64,000 bases of DNA, taken from positions 734-64,733 of the forward strand of contig JAZOVV010000051.1 in NCBI GenBank assembly GCA_045658925.1. Direction: 5' to 3'. This DNA comes from Eubacteriales bacterium. GTDB taxonomy: Bacteria > Bacillota > Clostridia > Oscillospirales > CAG-272. Made by a program: the position numbers and the translations under genes. Positions 54,989 through 64,000 of the stretch are shown here, piece by piece. Each line of letters starts with the position of its first letter. Position 1 is the stretch's first letter. Under the pieces are notes generated by a model that saw only the letters and a program-made list of their open reading frames with translations, made no database searches and had not been told where the DNA came from.

Positions 54989-55328
54989 ACGCTAAACTTT
55001 CGGGCAACTTTTTGCCGCCGAGAATGTGAAAATGCAAATGCTTTACCGTTTGGCAGCCGTCCTCGCCGCAGTTGGTGATGACGCGGTAGCCGTTTGCAAG
55101 ACCTTCGGCAGCCGCAATTTGAGGGATAGCCTCAAAAATGCGAGCCACGTAAGCGCTGTTCTCTGCGTTGATGCCGTCGGCAGATGCGATATGCACCTTG
55201 GGAACAACCAACACGTGCACAGGAGCCATCGGCTCGATATCGCGGAAGGCATACACGTATTCATCTTCAAAAACCTTGGAAGAGGGAATTACACCCTCAA
55301 TAATTTTACAAAATAAGCAGTCAGACAT
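54987..55328 (-). CDS. HIT family (histidine triad) nucleotide-binding protein
   Basis: 113 aa. Histidine triad HLHFHILGG. Confidence 0.9.
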   Translation of the reverse strand: MSDCLFCKIIEGVIPSSKVFEDEYVYAFRDIEPMAPVHVLVVPKVHIASADGINAENSAYVARIFEAIPQIAAAEGLANGYRVITNCGEDGCQTVKHLHFHILGGKKLPESLA

Positions 55329-55348
55329 ATCGGTTCCTCTTCTTTACA

Positions 55349-55969
55349 TTAGGTATTTTTCATAATAATCGAGCCAACGCACTCGCTAACGTGTTCGCAG
55401 GCATCGGCGCAAGCCTCAAAGCAATCAAAGACCTTGTACCAAGACATGGTGGTGAGGACGTCGGTAGAGTTCTTTGTCAGAGTGTGCATAGTAGCCAGAT
55501 AGAGCTTGTCGCATTCTTCCTCTACGTCGTTGCAGGCGATGATGAGACCGCGCATCGTTTTGGACTTTTTAAAGTTTTCAAACTCATTCATAATTTGAAC
55601 GAGCATCTCGCAGCTCTTAACCAAATTCTTTGCAAATTCAATCGCTGCGGGCTCCATTGTTTTGATGTTGTAAATATAGAATTTTTGCAAAATTTCTTCA
55701 ATCGTGTCAGATACGTTGTCAAGCTGTTGGCTCAACATATCCAAGTCCTCGCGGTCAACGGGGGTGACGAAGGCTTTTGCAAGCGTTTCGTTCATCTCGT
55801 GTTTTTTAATATCTGCATTGTGCTCAAACGTGTGCATTTTTTCGAGCATTTCTTCAATCTTGTCCGCATCGTAATTATCGAGACATTCTACGAGATAGTT
55901 TGCCGCATCCTTTGCAAGAGTTGCGCACGCCGAAAAGTTTTCAAAATAAAATTTATCACCTTTAGCCAT
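55349..55969 (-). CDS. DUF47 (PhoU-like, YkaA-type) protein partnered with the PiT transporter
   Basis: 206 aa helical protein directly downstream of the PiT gene, the conserved DUF47-PiT pairing. Confidence 0.8.
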   Translation of the reverse strand: MAKGDKFYFENFSACATLAKDAANYLVECLDNYDADKIEEMLEKMHTFEHNADIKKHEMNETLAKAFVTPVDREDLDMLSQQLDNVSDTIEEILQKFYIYNIKTMEPAAIEFAKNLVKSCEMLVQIMNEFENFKKSKTMRGLIIACNDVEEECDKLYLATMHTLTKNSTDVLTTMSWYKVFDCFEACADACEHVSECVGSIIMKNT

Positions 55970-55988
55970 TGTATTGATTTCCTTTCTG

Positions 55989-57041
55989 TTAGTTGAATAT
56001 AGCCAAGAACAGTTTTGTTACCAAAAATGCAAGAATTCCGCACCCGGGGAAGGTGAGAATCCAAGTCATTACCATTTCCTTGACCACGCCAAAATTGATT
56101 GCGGAAATACGCTTCACCGCGCCAACACCCATAATAGCGGTGGTTTTGACGTGCGTGGTCGAAACGGGAAGACCGAATACGGAACAGAATACAAGTGAGA
56201 GTGAGGATGCGATGTCAGCCGAAAAGCCTTGATATTTTTCAAGCTTTACCATATCCATACCCACCGATTTGATAATCTTTTTGCCGCCCATAGCGGTTCC
56301 TGCCGCCATAACGAGCGAGCAAACAATCATCAGCCAAGTGGGAATTGCAAAGGTTGCTGCACCTGCAGCGGAACCTTGCAGAGTAAATACACACAAAAGG
56401 ATGATGCCCATAAATTTTTGACCGTCCTGCGCGCCGTGCATAAATGCCATACCTGCGGCGCCAACGATTTGTGCACCCTTGAAGAAAGGTTCGGTTTTTG
56501 GGCGATTCATTTTGTAGCAAATTATCGTTACAAGTTTTCCCATCAGCCAAGCCAAACCAAAGCCAAGGGTTACGGAAATGAAAATACCGTAAATAACCTT
56601 GAGCCATTGACTCCATACAACGGCTTCAAGACCGTTGAGCGCCATTGCACCGCCCGTAAGACCTGCAATCAGCGCGTGGCTTTCACTAGTGGGAATACCG
56701 AACACCCAAGCGAGTGTTGCCCAGGTAACGATAGCGAGCATTGCCGCGCACAAAACGATGATAACCGTTCTGCCGGAGTTTTCGCCAAAGTTTACCATGC
56801 TGGTAATGGTAACTGCAACCTCGTTGCTGATTTTTGTCATAACAAATACGCCCAAAAAGTTAAAGACTGCCGCCATCAAGATAGCTGCCTTTGGGGGCAT
56901 ACATCTCGTCACCACGCAGGTGGCAATGGCATTGGGGGCATCTGTCCAACCGTTTACCAAAATAACACCAAGCGTGAGCGTTACCGCCACAAACAATAGG
57001 GGATTTGCTGTCATTTGATTCAAAAAATCTAAAATTCCCAT
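55989..57041 (-). CDS. inorganic phosphate transporter (PiT family)
   Basis: 350 aa, polytopic. PiT signatures ..NGWTDAPNAIAT.. and ..FMHGAQDGQK.. Confidence 0.9.
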   Translation of the reverse strand: MGILDFLNQMTANPLLFVAVTLTLGVILVNGWTDAPNAIATCVVTRCMPPKAAILMAAVFNFLGVFVMTKISNEVAVTITSMVNFGENSGRTVIIVLCAAMLAIVTWATLAWVFGIPTSESHALIAGLTGGAMALNGLEAVVWSQWLKVIYGIFISVTLGFGLAWLMGKLVTIICYKMNRPKTEPFFKGAQIVGAAGMAFMHGAQDGQKFMGIILLCVFTLQGSAAGAATFAIPTWLMIVCSLVMAAGTAMGGKKIIKSVGMDMVKLEKYQGFSADIASSLSLVFCSVFGLPVSTTHVKTTAIMGVGAVKRISAINFGVVKEMVMTWILTFPGCGILAFLVTKLFLAIFN

Positions 57042-57132
57042 AGCTTGCCTTTCTTTAATGTTTTATTGCTTTGCATTGTTGTCAAAAACATAATTATTGT
57101 ATCATATTCGACAAAAAATGTCAATCCCTTTC

Positions 57133-57160
57133 TTGACAACCTTTTAAAATGTGCTATAAT
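57133..57160 (+). promoter_or_regulatory. sigma-A type promoter
   Basis: TTGACA (57133-57138), 16-nt spacer, TATAAT (57155-57160) with an upstream TG. Confidence 0.55.
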
Positions 57161-57194
57161 ATATACAGACAAAAACGAAAAGGGGGGAGAGCCG

Positions 57195-58301
57195 ATGCTG
57201 CCGCACGTTACACGCGACTTGTGGGAATATTTAAAAGATGCCGACAAAACAATCGTTCTTTACGGAATGGGCAACGGTGCCGACAAAATTTTGGCAGTGC
57301 TTGCCGAGCGTGACATTCCCGTAGGCGGCGTTTTTGCAAGCGACGGCTTTGCACGCGGTAACCTCTTTCACGGTATGCCCGTACGTACTTGGAGCGATAT
57401 CAAAGATGAATTTGGCAAAGAGAACGTCATTGTTCTTCTTTCGTTTGGTACGTCTCGCCCCGAGGTGTTAGAGAACGTTCTGCGCATCCGCGCCGAATCG
57501 GAGCTTTATGCTCCCGACGTTCCTGCCTTTGGTGACACACTCTTTACACGTCCCTTTTACGAGGAACATATCGAAGAATTCACCGCCGCACGCGAACTTC
57601 TTTCGGATGAGGAATCCCGTCGCATTTTCGATAACGTTCTTTCCTACAAGCTCTCGGGGGATGTCGGCTATCTGCTTGATGCACAGAGTGACGAGGACGA
57701 AATTTGGGAGAGCATCATTCACCCCGAAACTATCCGTACCGCCGCAGACCTCGGTGCTTACAACGGTGATACTGTTCGACAACTCTTGGAAAAGGGAAAT
57801 CCCGACACGGTTTGGGCAATGGAGCCCGATGTGCGCAACTACAAAAAGCTCGAAGCTTATGCCGAGAGCGAAACGCGCGCTCGCGTAATCCCCGTCAATG
57901 CAGGTGCGTGGAACGAAGAAACCACACTCTTTTTTGACAAAAGCGGCAACCGCAACGCATCCTTTGAGGTGAATCGCTCGCAAACGCTTGCCGACCGCCC
58001 TGCAAAGGTGGCTGAGGTCAAAGCCTTGCCGCTTGATAGCGTCCTTGACGGTGCGCGTGTTGACTATATCAAATACGACGTAGAAGGCTCGGAGAGGGAA
58101 GCCCTTGACGGCTCCGTCAAAACCCTTGCCGCTCACAAACCTACGTTGCTTGTATCTCTTTATCACCGCAGTGAGGATATGTTCGCACTTCCTCTGCACA
58201 TTCAAAAAATTGCCCCCCATTATAGTGCTTTTTATCTGCGCCGAATGGCGGGAGTGCCTGCTTGGGATCTCAATTTGTATGTAACAAGTGAAAATACCTA
58301 G
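57195..58301 (+). CDS. FkbM family methyltransferase (368 aa)
   Basis: GGGGGGAGAG RBS before the ATG at 57195. The C-terminal pattern ..DLGAYNGDT..IDYIKYDVEGSE.. is FkbM-like. Confidence 0.75.
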   Translation: MLPHVTRDLWEYLKDADKTIVLYGMGNGADKILAVLAERDIPVGGVFASDGFARGNLFHGMPVRTWSDIKDEFGKENVIVLLSFGTSRPEVLENVLRIRAESELYAPDVPAFGDTLFTRPFYEEHIEEFTAARELLSDEESRRIFDNVLSYKLSGDVGYLLDAQSDEDEIWESIIHPETIRTAADLGAYNGDTVRQLLEKGNPDTVWAMEPDVRNYKKLEAYAESETRARVIPVNAGAWNEETTLFFDKSGNRNASFEVNRSQTLADRPAKVAEVKALPLDSVLDGARVDYIKYDVEGSEREALDGSVKTLAAHKPTLLVSLYHRSEDMFALPLHIQKIAPHYSAFYLRRMAGVPAWDLNLYVTSENT

Positions 58302-58312
58302 TATAATAAAAC

Positions 58313-58348
58313 ACAACACCCGTGGTAATTTACCACGGGTGTTGTTTA
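58313..58348. terminator. bidirectional terminator
   Basis: AACACCCGTGGTA pairs with TACCACGGGTGTT (13 bp), flanked by A- and T-rich runs. Confidence 0.7.
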
Positions 58349-58352
58349 TAAA

Positions 58353-59594
58353 TTACTGTTTTTTGAAAACCGTTTTAATGATTGTCCCGATTTTGGGAGG
58401 TGTGCCGTAGAGCAAAACGCCAACGCGATAAATCTTTGCGGAAAGAACACCGATTCCAACGGTAGAACCAATCAAAATAGCAATCGAAATAGCAATTTCG
58501 TACCAAGCCACCGTGCTCATACAAATTCTCGTAAACATCGCCATAGGAGATGTAAACGGGATATAGGAGCAAATCAGCATTGCGGCGTTATCGACCGAAC
58601 CCGAGGTCATAGAGAACATAACGACCATAAATGCAATGATAAAGAGATATGTGATGGGCATAACCGAGGTGTTGATATCCTCAAGCTTGGATGCCGTAGA
58701 GCCAACTGCGCCGAACATAAATGCATAGATGAGGAAGCCAAGCACAAAGAATACAATGAGATAGATAAACAGTTCAATCGGAATATCGAATATAGATGCG
58801 ATAAGGGGATTGGAAAGAGCATCCTTGTTTATGTTATAAAGAAGAATTGCCGTGCCAAACACGAGAACGAGCTGTGAGAATCCCGCAATGCAGGAGGCAA
58901 GCACCTTACCAAACATCATACTTGTGGGCTTTGCGCTGGTAATCAAAACTTCCATTGCACGCGAACTCTTTTCTGTCGCTACGTTGGTGGCTACCATTTG
59001 ACCGTAGAGAAGAATGACCATATAAAGCGCGAATATCATAATGTAGGTATAAAAGAAATTCTGCATTTGGTCTTTGCCGAGTGTTTCGGTTACGCTTTCA
59101 ATTTGTACCGACATAATTTCGCCTGCCTGTTCGGGAGTCAGACCGTTTTGAATCATTGCATTGATGCGATATACCTCTTGCAATACGGTATCAGCGATAG
59201 CGGTATTGCTATCGTACATTGAAAGGTTGTTCACATAATAGGTATAAGAGGATGCGCCGCTCATTACAAACGCGCACTCTGCTTCACCCGCAACGATTTG
59301 CTCTTTCAATTCGTCAACACTGCCTTTTGCAATTTGTACGTTGTAATCGATAAAGGCGTTTCCAAAATACTCTTTTACAAGGGAAGCGAGTGTTTCATCC
59401 TCGGCATAAACGAGCATTGTGGGAAGGTCAGCTGTGACGTCTGTACTATCGTCCGATTCAAATGCCGATATAATGTTGGGAATGAACATAACAACAGCAA
59501 TTAAAACGATGAGAAAGATAGTAAAGCCAACAAAAATTTTGTTTTTAAGATAGCCCTTGAGCTCAAATTTCAGTATTTTTCCAAATTGTTTCAT
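58353..59594 (-). CDS. ABC-2 type transporter permease (NatB-like)
   Basis: 413 aa. One N-terminal TM helix, a large extracytoplasmic loop, then five C-terminal TM helices. Follows the ATPase gene. Confidence 0.8.
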   Translation of the reverse strand: MKQFGKILKFELKGYLKNKIFVGFTIFLIVLIAVVMFIPNIISAFESDDSTDVTADLPTMLVYAEDETLASLVKEYFGNAFIDYNVQIAKGSVDELKEQIVAGEAECAFVMSGASSYTYYVNNLSMYDSNTAIADTVLQEVYRINAMIQNGLTPEQAGEIMSVQIESVTETLGKDQMQNFFYTYIMIFALYMVILLYGQMVATNVATEKSSRAMEVLITSAKPTSMMFGKVLASCIAGFSQLVLVFGTAILLYNINKDALSNPLIASIFDIPIELFIYLIVFFVLGFLIYAFMFGAVGSTASKLEDINTSVMPITYLFIIAFMVVMFSMTSGSVDNAAMLICSYIPFTSPMAMFTRICMSTVAWYEIAISIAILIGSTVGIGVLSAKIYRVGVLLYGTPPKIGTIIKTVFKKQ

Positions 59595-59608
59595 TGTTCT
59601 TTCCCCCT

Positions 59609-60499
59609 TTACACCTGTGCGCCCGCATATTCTACGAAAATGTCGTTAAGGGAAGGCTCAAATACCTTTACCTCATCAATATCGTAGTTTTCCACGAGAC
59701 GCTTCATCATAGCTTGTTTTTCATCAGGGTTTTGGAGTTGAATCAGCAAGGAACCGTCCTCGCGCGCGGTACAAGTGTCACCAAGGTCGGCAATTATTTG
59801 TTTGGAATTTGTAGAGTTGACAACCAGCTTGTTGCGAGGGTAGTTTCTTTTAATGTCGTGTAGGTCTCCGCTAATAGCAACCTTGCCTGCATTGATAATG
59901 GCAATGCTATCGCAAAATTCCTCTATATAGCTCATTTGATGGCTGGAAAAAAGAACGATTTTGCCTTTGGAAATTTGTTCTTTTACAACATCCTTAAGGA
60001 GCATTGCGTTTACGGGGTCAAGCCCCGAAAAGGGTTCGTCGAGAATGACGATGTCGGGGTTATGTGCAAGTGCTGTGACAAGCTGAATCTTTTGTTGATT
60101 ACCCTTGGAGAGCGTATCGAGTTTTTTGTTGCGATATTCGCTCATACCGAGTCTATTAAGCCAATAATCAACGGCTTTTGTTGCATCCTTGGTGCTCATT
60201 CCTTTCAGCTCCGCAAAATAGACGAGCTGGTCAATAATAATCTTTTTGGGGTAAAGTCCTCTTTCTTCGGGAAGGTAACCGATGCCGATTTTATTATAGT
60301 CGATTGGTTTTCCGTCTATCAAGACCTCGCCTCGGTTAGCAGGGAATACGTTCATTAAAATACGAATAGACGTTGTTTTGCCTGCACCGTTTCTGCCAAG
60401 CAGACCGAACGCCTTTCCTCCCTCTGCCACAAAAGATACGCCCCTGAGGACCTCTTTCTCGCCAAAGGATTTGTCAATGTTTTTGAGTTCTAAAATCAC
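59609..60499 (-). CDS. ABC transporter ATP-binding protein (NatA-like), GTG start
   Basis: Walker A GRNGAGKTT, signature LSKGNQQK, Walker B IVILDEP. AAGGAGAA RBS 7 nt upstream. Confidence 0.9.
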   Translation of the reverse strand: MILELKNIDKSFGEKEVLRGVSFVAEGGKAFGLLGRNGAGKTTSIRILMNVFPANRGEVLIDGKPIDYNKIGIGYLPEERGLYPKKIIIDQLVYFAELKGMSTKDATKAVDYWLNRLGMSEYRNKKLDTLSKGNQQKIQLVTALAHNPDIVILDEPFSGLDPVNAMLLKDVVKEQISKGKIVLFSSHQMSYIEEFCDSIAIINAGKVAISGDLHDIKRNYPRNKLVVNSTNSKQIIADLGDTCTAREDGSLLIQLQNPDEKQAMMKRLVENYDIDEVKVFEPSLNDIFVEYAGAQV

Positions 60500-60516
60500 T
60501 TCGCTTTTCTCCTTTC

Positions 60517-60659
60517 AAAACAAAAAGTGCGCCTCACAAAGAGACGCACGAAAAATGCATCTCCCAATGTTGCTACACATTTTTGACGACGTCAAAGGGG
60601 AGAGAATACATTTTTACCAAATAGTATTCCCTTTGGGTCGTCCTATTAAAATGTGTAGC
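60517..60659 (-). promoter_or_regulatory. structured 5' leader ending in an intrinsic terminator (attenuator candidate, copy L3)
   Basis: Nested stems 60572-60583/60648-60659 (12 bp), 60585-90/60637-42, 60593-99/60629-35 and 60605-09/60624-28. Terminator 60527-35/60541-49, with TTTTTGTTTT on the minus strand. Confidence 0.6.
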
Positions 60660-60665
60660 GTGTTT

Positions 60666-60694
60666 ATTATAGCATAAAGATGACACTTTTGCAA
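60666..60694 (-). promoter_or_regulatory. sigma-A type promoter of the ABC operon
   Basis: Minus strand: TTGCAA (60689-60694), 17-nt spacer, TATAAT (60666-60671). Confidence 0.55.
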
Positions 60695-60711
60695 TAGTTT
60701 TTGTCTTTTTT

Positions 60712-60745
60712 ATAAAAGAAAAGGGAAACGATTTTTTCGTTTCCC
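60712..60745 (-). terminator. intrinsic terminator after cls
   Basis: Minus strand: GGGAAACG AAAAAAT CGTTTCCC followed by TTTTCTTTT. Confidence 0.7.
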
Positions 60746-60752
60746 TTATTTG

Positions 60753-62288
60753 TTACATAATCGGCGCAAACATTCTGCAAATGTCTTGCAAAATTTGAAT
60801 CAAAAAATTGGTCTTACAATCCGCTTTGGTGACCTCGTGGCAGTCGTTTTGCAAATTGAGAATGTCATTCTTCACGTCTGCAATCATTTTCGAGCCGTAA
60901 AAGCACGCGCCGCACTCGTAGTTGAGATAAAGACTGCGAAAATCCATATTGGTACTGCCGATCATACAAAAATCATCATCCGAAACTACAATTTTGGAGT
61001 GGACAAAGCCGGGGGTATATTCGTATATTTTTACCCCTGCCGCAAGGAGCTCGCGATAATAGGAGCGCGTAGTAAAAAATACGACCTTCTTATCGGGAAT
61101 TCCCGGGGTGAAGATGCGCACGTCCACGCCACTTTGTGCGCACCATTTCAGTGCCGCAATCATTTCTTCTCCCACCGTCATATAAGGGGTGGTGATATAA
61201 AGACTTTTTTGTGCACGTGAGATGGCGTGATTGTAGATGCGCTCGCCTGCGTGGGTTTTATCCATCGGACTGTCGGCATAGGGTTGCACCCAACCGTCCG
61301 AGGGGGTAGAGGTGTCTCTGTCGCCTATCAGGTCGCGCAAGGGCTCGCGTGTACGCGAGAGCAAGTGCCAGGTTTGCAAAAACATAGCGGTAAAGCTTTC
61401 GGCAGCGGCGCCTTGCATCCGTACGGCACAGTCGCGCCAATGACCGAATCGAAGCTTTTCGTTAATGTATTCATCAGCCAAATTGATACCGCCCGTATAA
61501 GCGATTTTTCCGTCAATGACAGCAATTTTGCGGTGGTCGCGATTGTTCTGCAGGGTGGTTAGGAGTGGATGAAAGCGATTGAAAATTTCACACTGAATTC
61601 CATAAGAACGCAAGATTTTTTGATAGCCTACGGGGAGTGTGAGTAAGCAACCAAGGTCATCGTATATCACGCGCACGTCAACGCCTGCTGCCACGCGTTC
61701 GCGAAGCACCTTCAGGATGGCATCCCACATAATGCCTTCTTCTATGATGAAATATTCCAAAAAGATAAACTTTTCGGCGCGGCGCAGATCGGCAAGCATC
61801 GAGGATAGCATTTCTTTGCCGTCTCCAAAATAGCGGCTTTCGGTGTGCTCATAAGCGGGGAGGGCGGCTGTGTTTCGCAAATAGGAAAGCAGACGTGCAT
61901 CCTGTCCGTTTGCAAGCGAGGGTTCTTCGGGCACGCAAAGCGTGCGATATTCCGCGTGTTGAGCGTCCTCGATTTTTTGCAGAATTTTACGAAAGCCCGT
62001 AGATGCCGTTTGAAAATGGAAGGTCCAATACATCACGCCACCAAAGAGCGGGAAGAGCAAAATGAGGAACGCCCACAAGATTTTGAAGGCGTATTTGTCA
62101 GGGCGAGTAATGAGGTGCAAAGCGGTTACAACACTCAGCGCGGTCAAAACAAATCCAAGCCATTGCAGCTGACTTCCGCGTAAAAGCAGTACTAAAAGGA
62201 GCACGAGTTGCGCCAAGATCATTAAGGTGATGAACATTCGCCTGCCCAAAAACAGCCGCAATTTACTGCGATATTTGATTCTCTTCAT
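60753..62288 (-). CDS. cls: cardiolipin synthase
   Basis: 511 aa. Two N-terminal TM helices and two HKD motifs (HRKIAVIDGK..., HSKIVVSDDD...). AGGAG RBS before the ATG at 62288. Confidence 0.9.
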   Translation of the reverse strand: MKRIKYRSKLRLFLGRRMFITLMILAQLVLLLVLLLRGSQLQWLGFVLTALSVVTALHLITRPDKYAFKILWAFLILLFPLFGGVMYWTFHFQTASTGFRKILQKIEDAQHAEYRTLCVPEEPSLANGQDARLLSYLRNTAALPAYEHTESRYFGDGKEMLSSMLADLRRAEKFIFLEYFIIEEGIMWDAILKVLRERVAAGVDVRVIYDDLGCLLTLPVGYQKILRSYGIQCEIFNRFHPLLTTLQNNRDHRKIAVIDGKIAYTGGINLADEYINEKLRFGHWRDCAVRMQGAAAESFTAMFLQTWHLLSRTREPLRDLIGDRDTSTPSDGWVQPYADSPMDKTHAGERIYNHAISRAQKSLYITTPYMTVGEEMIAALKWCAQSGVDVRIFTPGIPDKKVVFFTTRSYYRELLAAGVKIYEYTPGFVHSKIVVSDDDFCMIGSTNMDFRSLYLNYECGACFYGSKMIADVKNDILNLQNDCHEVTKADCKTNFLIQILQDICRMFAPIM

Positions 62289-62317
62289 ACGCACACTCCT
62301 TTCGTAATATTTGCACA

Positions 62318-62358
62318 TGATAAATAAAGGCAAATGGGGACTGACACTGTCAGCCCCC
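62318..62358 (-). terminator. terminator-like hairpin after ftsK
   Basis: Minus strand: GGGG-CTGAC-AGT-GTCAG-CCCC with one internal mismatch, followed by T-rich ATTTGCCTTTATTTAT. Confidence 0.45.
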
Positions 62359-62375
62359 ATGGCTGTGAATTTGAA

Positions 62376-64000
62376 TTATGCTTCCTCGTCGCCCGCGTTG
62401 TCAATGAATTTCTCCATATATTCCTCGGGGGTGATGAGAATGGTACGCGGCTTGGAACCGTCGGGAGGAGATACGTATCCCTCGGCTTGCATACGGTCAA
62501 TCAGTTTTGCCGCGCGGCCGTAACCGATTTCCAATTTGCGTTGCAGCAAAGAGGTGGAAATGCGTTTTTCCTCAATAGCGATACGAACTGCATCGGCATA
62601 TTTGCTGTCAGTACCCTTGTCGCTGCCTTCTTCTCCGCCGGAGGGAACAAAGTCGCCACCGCTGCGGCCCTTGTTGCCGCACTGTGCGGCAAGCTCTTTG
62701 AGCTTGGAGATGAACTTTTCATCGTATTCGGCGGTGCCGTTGGTTGCGCGGATGAATTCGCAAATGCGTTCAACTTCCTTGTCGTCAACAAATGCACCCT
62801 GAACACGTGTATCGCGCATCGAACCGATAGGCACGAAGAGCATATCACCGCGACCGGTCAGTGCTTCTGCACCGATGTGGTCAAGAATTACGCGGGAGTC
62901 TACCTGCGACTTAACCGCAAACGCGATACGGGAAGGTACGTTTGCCTTGATAAGACCGGTAACAACGTCTGCAGAAGGACGTTGGGTACCGATGATGAGG
63001 TGCATACCTGCGGCACGCGCCTTTTGCGCGATACGGCAGATTGCCGTTTCGACTTCGTCACGTGCGGTCATCATCAAGTCTGCCAACTCGTCAATGATAA
63101 TGACGATGTAGGGCAGGTGAGGCATATCGGGGTCATCCTTGGTGGCGTTGTTGTAGCCCTTGAGGTCACGTACGCCAACCTGTTCAAACAACTCAAAGCG
63201 ATGTTCCATTTCTTCAACGGCTGCTTGCAATGCGCCTGCGGCATCCTTAGGCGTTGTTACAACGGGTGCCATCAAGTGAGGAATGTTCTTGTAAATGCTG
63301 AACTCAACCTTTTTGGGGTCAATCATAATCAGTCTGACGTCCTCGGGAGTTGCCTTGTAGAGCAAGCTCATAACGATACAGTTGATACAAACCGACTTAC
63401 CGCTACCCGTGGTACCGGCAATCAAAAGGTGAGGCATTTTGGCAATGTCAAAGATGAGAGGTTCACCGGCAATACCCGAACCGAGACAAGCGGTCAGCTT
63501 GCTTTGCGAGGAGATAAATGCCTTGGATTCAATCAATTCACGCAGATAAATGGTACTGCGTGTTTTGTTGGGAATTTCGATACCGACCGAGTTGGTACCG
63601 GGAATAGGTGCCTCGATACGAACACCGCCCGAAGAACGGAGCGCGAGTGCGATGTCATCGGCAAGATTGGTAATGGTGCGAACACGTACGCCGGCGGCAG
63701 GAGTCACCTCATAACGGGTAACGGTAGGACCGCAGGCGTGTCTGGGTTCACCCAGAATATTTACGTGGAAGCTGCGCAAGGTAGTAGCCAAAGCCTCGCT
63801 GCTTTCTTCAAGCTCTGCCTTATTTTCTTCCGACATCGGCTCACCGGGTTGCAGGTAAGAGACGGGAGGGAATACGTAACGCTTGGGCTTTGCGGGCTTT
63901 TCGGGCTTTGCAGCTGCAGGCTTTTCGGCAGGCTTTGCGGCAGCAGGCTTCTTTTCACCCGTAGCAGGAGCGGCAGCTTTCTTCGCGGGAGCGCCTGCGC
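62376..64000 (-). CDS. ftsK: DNA translocase FtsK/SpoIIIE (C-terminal part; N-terminus outside window)
   Basis: Walker A GTTGSGKSV and a C-terminal winged-helix gamma domain. The frame stays open upstream of the listed Met through an Ala/Lys/Pro linker to the window edge. Confidence 0.9.
   Translation of the reverse strand, partial: AGAPAKKAAAPATGEKKPAAAKPAEKPAAAKPEKPAKPKRYVFPPVSYLQPGEPMSEENKAELEESSEALATTLRSFHVNILGEPRHACGPTVTRYEVTPAAGVRVRTITNLADDIALALRSSGGVRIEAPIPGTNSVGIEIPNKTRSTIYLRELIESKAFISSQSKLTACLGSGIAGEPLIFDIAKMPHLLIAGTTGSGKSVCINCIVMSLLYKATPEDVRLIMIDPKKVEFSIYKNIPHLMAPVVTTPKDAAGALQAAVEEMEHRFELFEQVGVRDLKGYNNATKDDPDMPHLPYIVIIIDELADLMMTARDEVETAICRIAQKARAAGMHLIIGTQRPSADVVTGLIKANVPSRIAFAVKSQVDSRVILDHIGAEALTGRGDMLFVPIGSMRDTRVQGAFVDDKEVERICEFIRATNGTAEYDEKFISKLKELAAQCGNKGRSGGDFVPSGGEEGSDKGTDSKYADAVRIAIEEKRISTSLLQRKLEIGYGRAAKLIDRMQAEGYVSPPDGSKPRTILITPEEYMEKFIDNAGDEEA

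Overview
This window looks like an ordinary chromosomal core region of an endospore-forming Firmicute; a Clostridia / Oscillospiraceae-like gut anaerobe is my inference from gene content (spoIIIAH, GerA-family receptor subunit, many glycoside hydrolases) and about 50% GC. I call 54 protein genes and one tRNA-Leu(UAG). I see no rRNA, CRISPR array, IS element, integrase, prophage, recognisable defence system or biosynthetic cluster.

Main gene content:
- A housekeeping block: yybS-gdpP-rplI-dnaB-tilS-hpt-ftsH.
- Other housekeeping genes: ligA, hpf, ddh, hslO, tcdA, cls, ftsK, and a PiT/DUF47 phosphate-transport pair.
- Cytoplasmic glycan-active enzymes: a BNR/sialidase-like protein, GH78 and GH127.
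- A run of lipoprotein genes, a P-type cation ATPase, a NatAB-like ABC exporter, and an unassigned sugar operon with two tandem isomerase paralogues.

The signals most worth a second look are non-coding:
1. Three leaders with the same architecture (promoter, long stem starting at the predicted transcription start, intrinsic terminator). They share about 45 nt of sequence just before and through the terminator, yet precede unrelated envelope genes.
2. Two copies (175 and 178 nt) of a structured repeat with compensatory base changes. They bracket a 2.4-kb three-gene segment.
3. A direct and an inverted copy of the tRNA-Leu 3' end next to the intact tRNA.
4. Several GC-rich nested-hairpin inserts at convergent gene junctions.

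Protein-level oddities are modest:
- a collagen-repeat fusion to an orphan solute-binding domain
- a shared His/Cys module in three adjacent lipoproteins
- orphan oadB, spoIIIAH and gerA-type genes
- a DUF1538 / P-II pair

All functional calls rest on motifs I can read in the translations. No database search was run.
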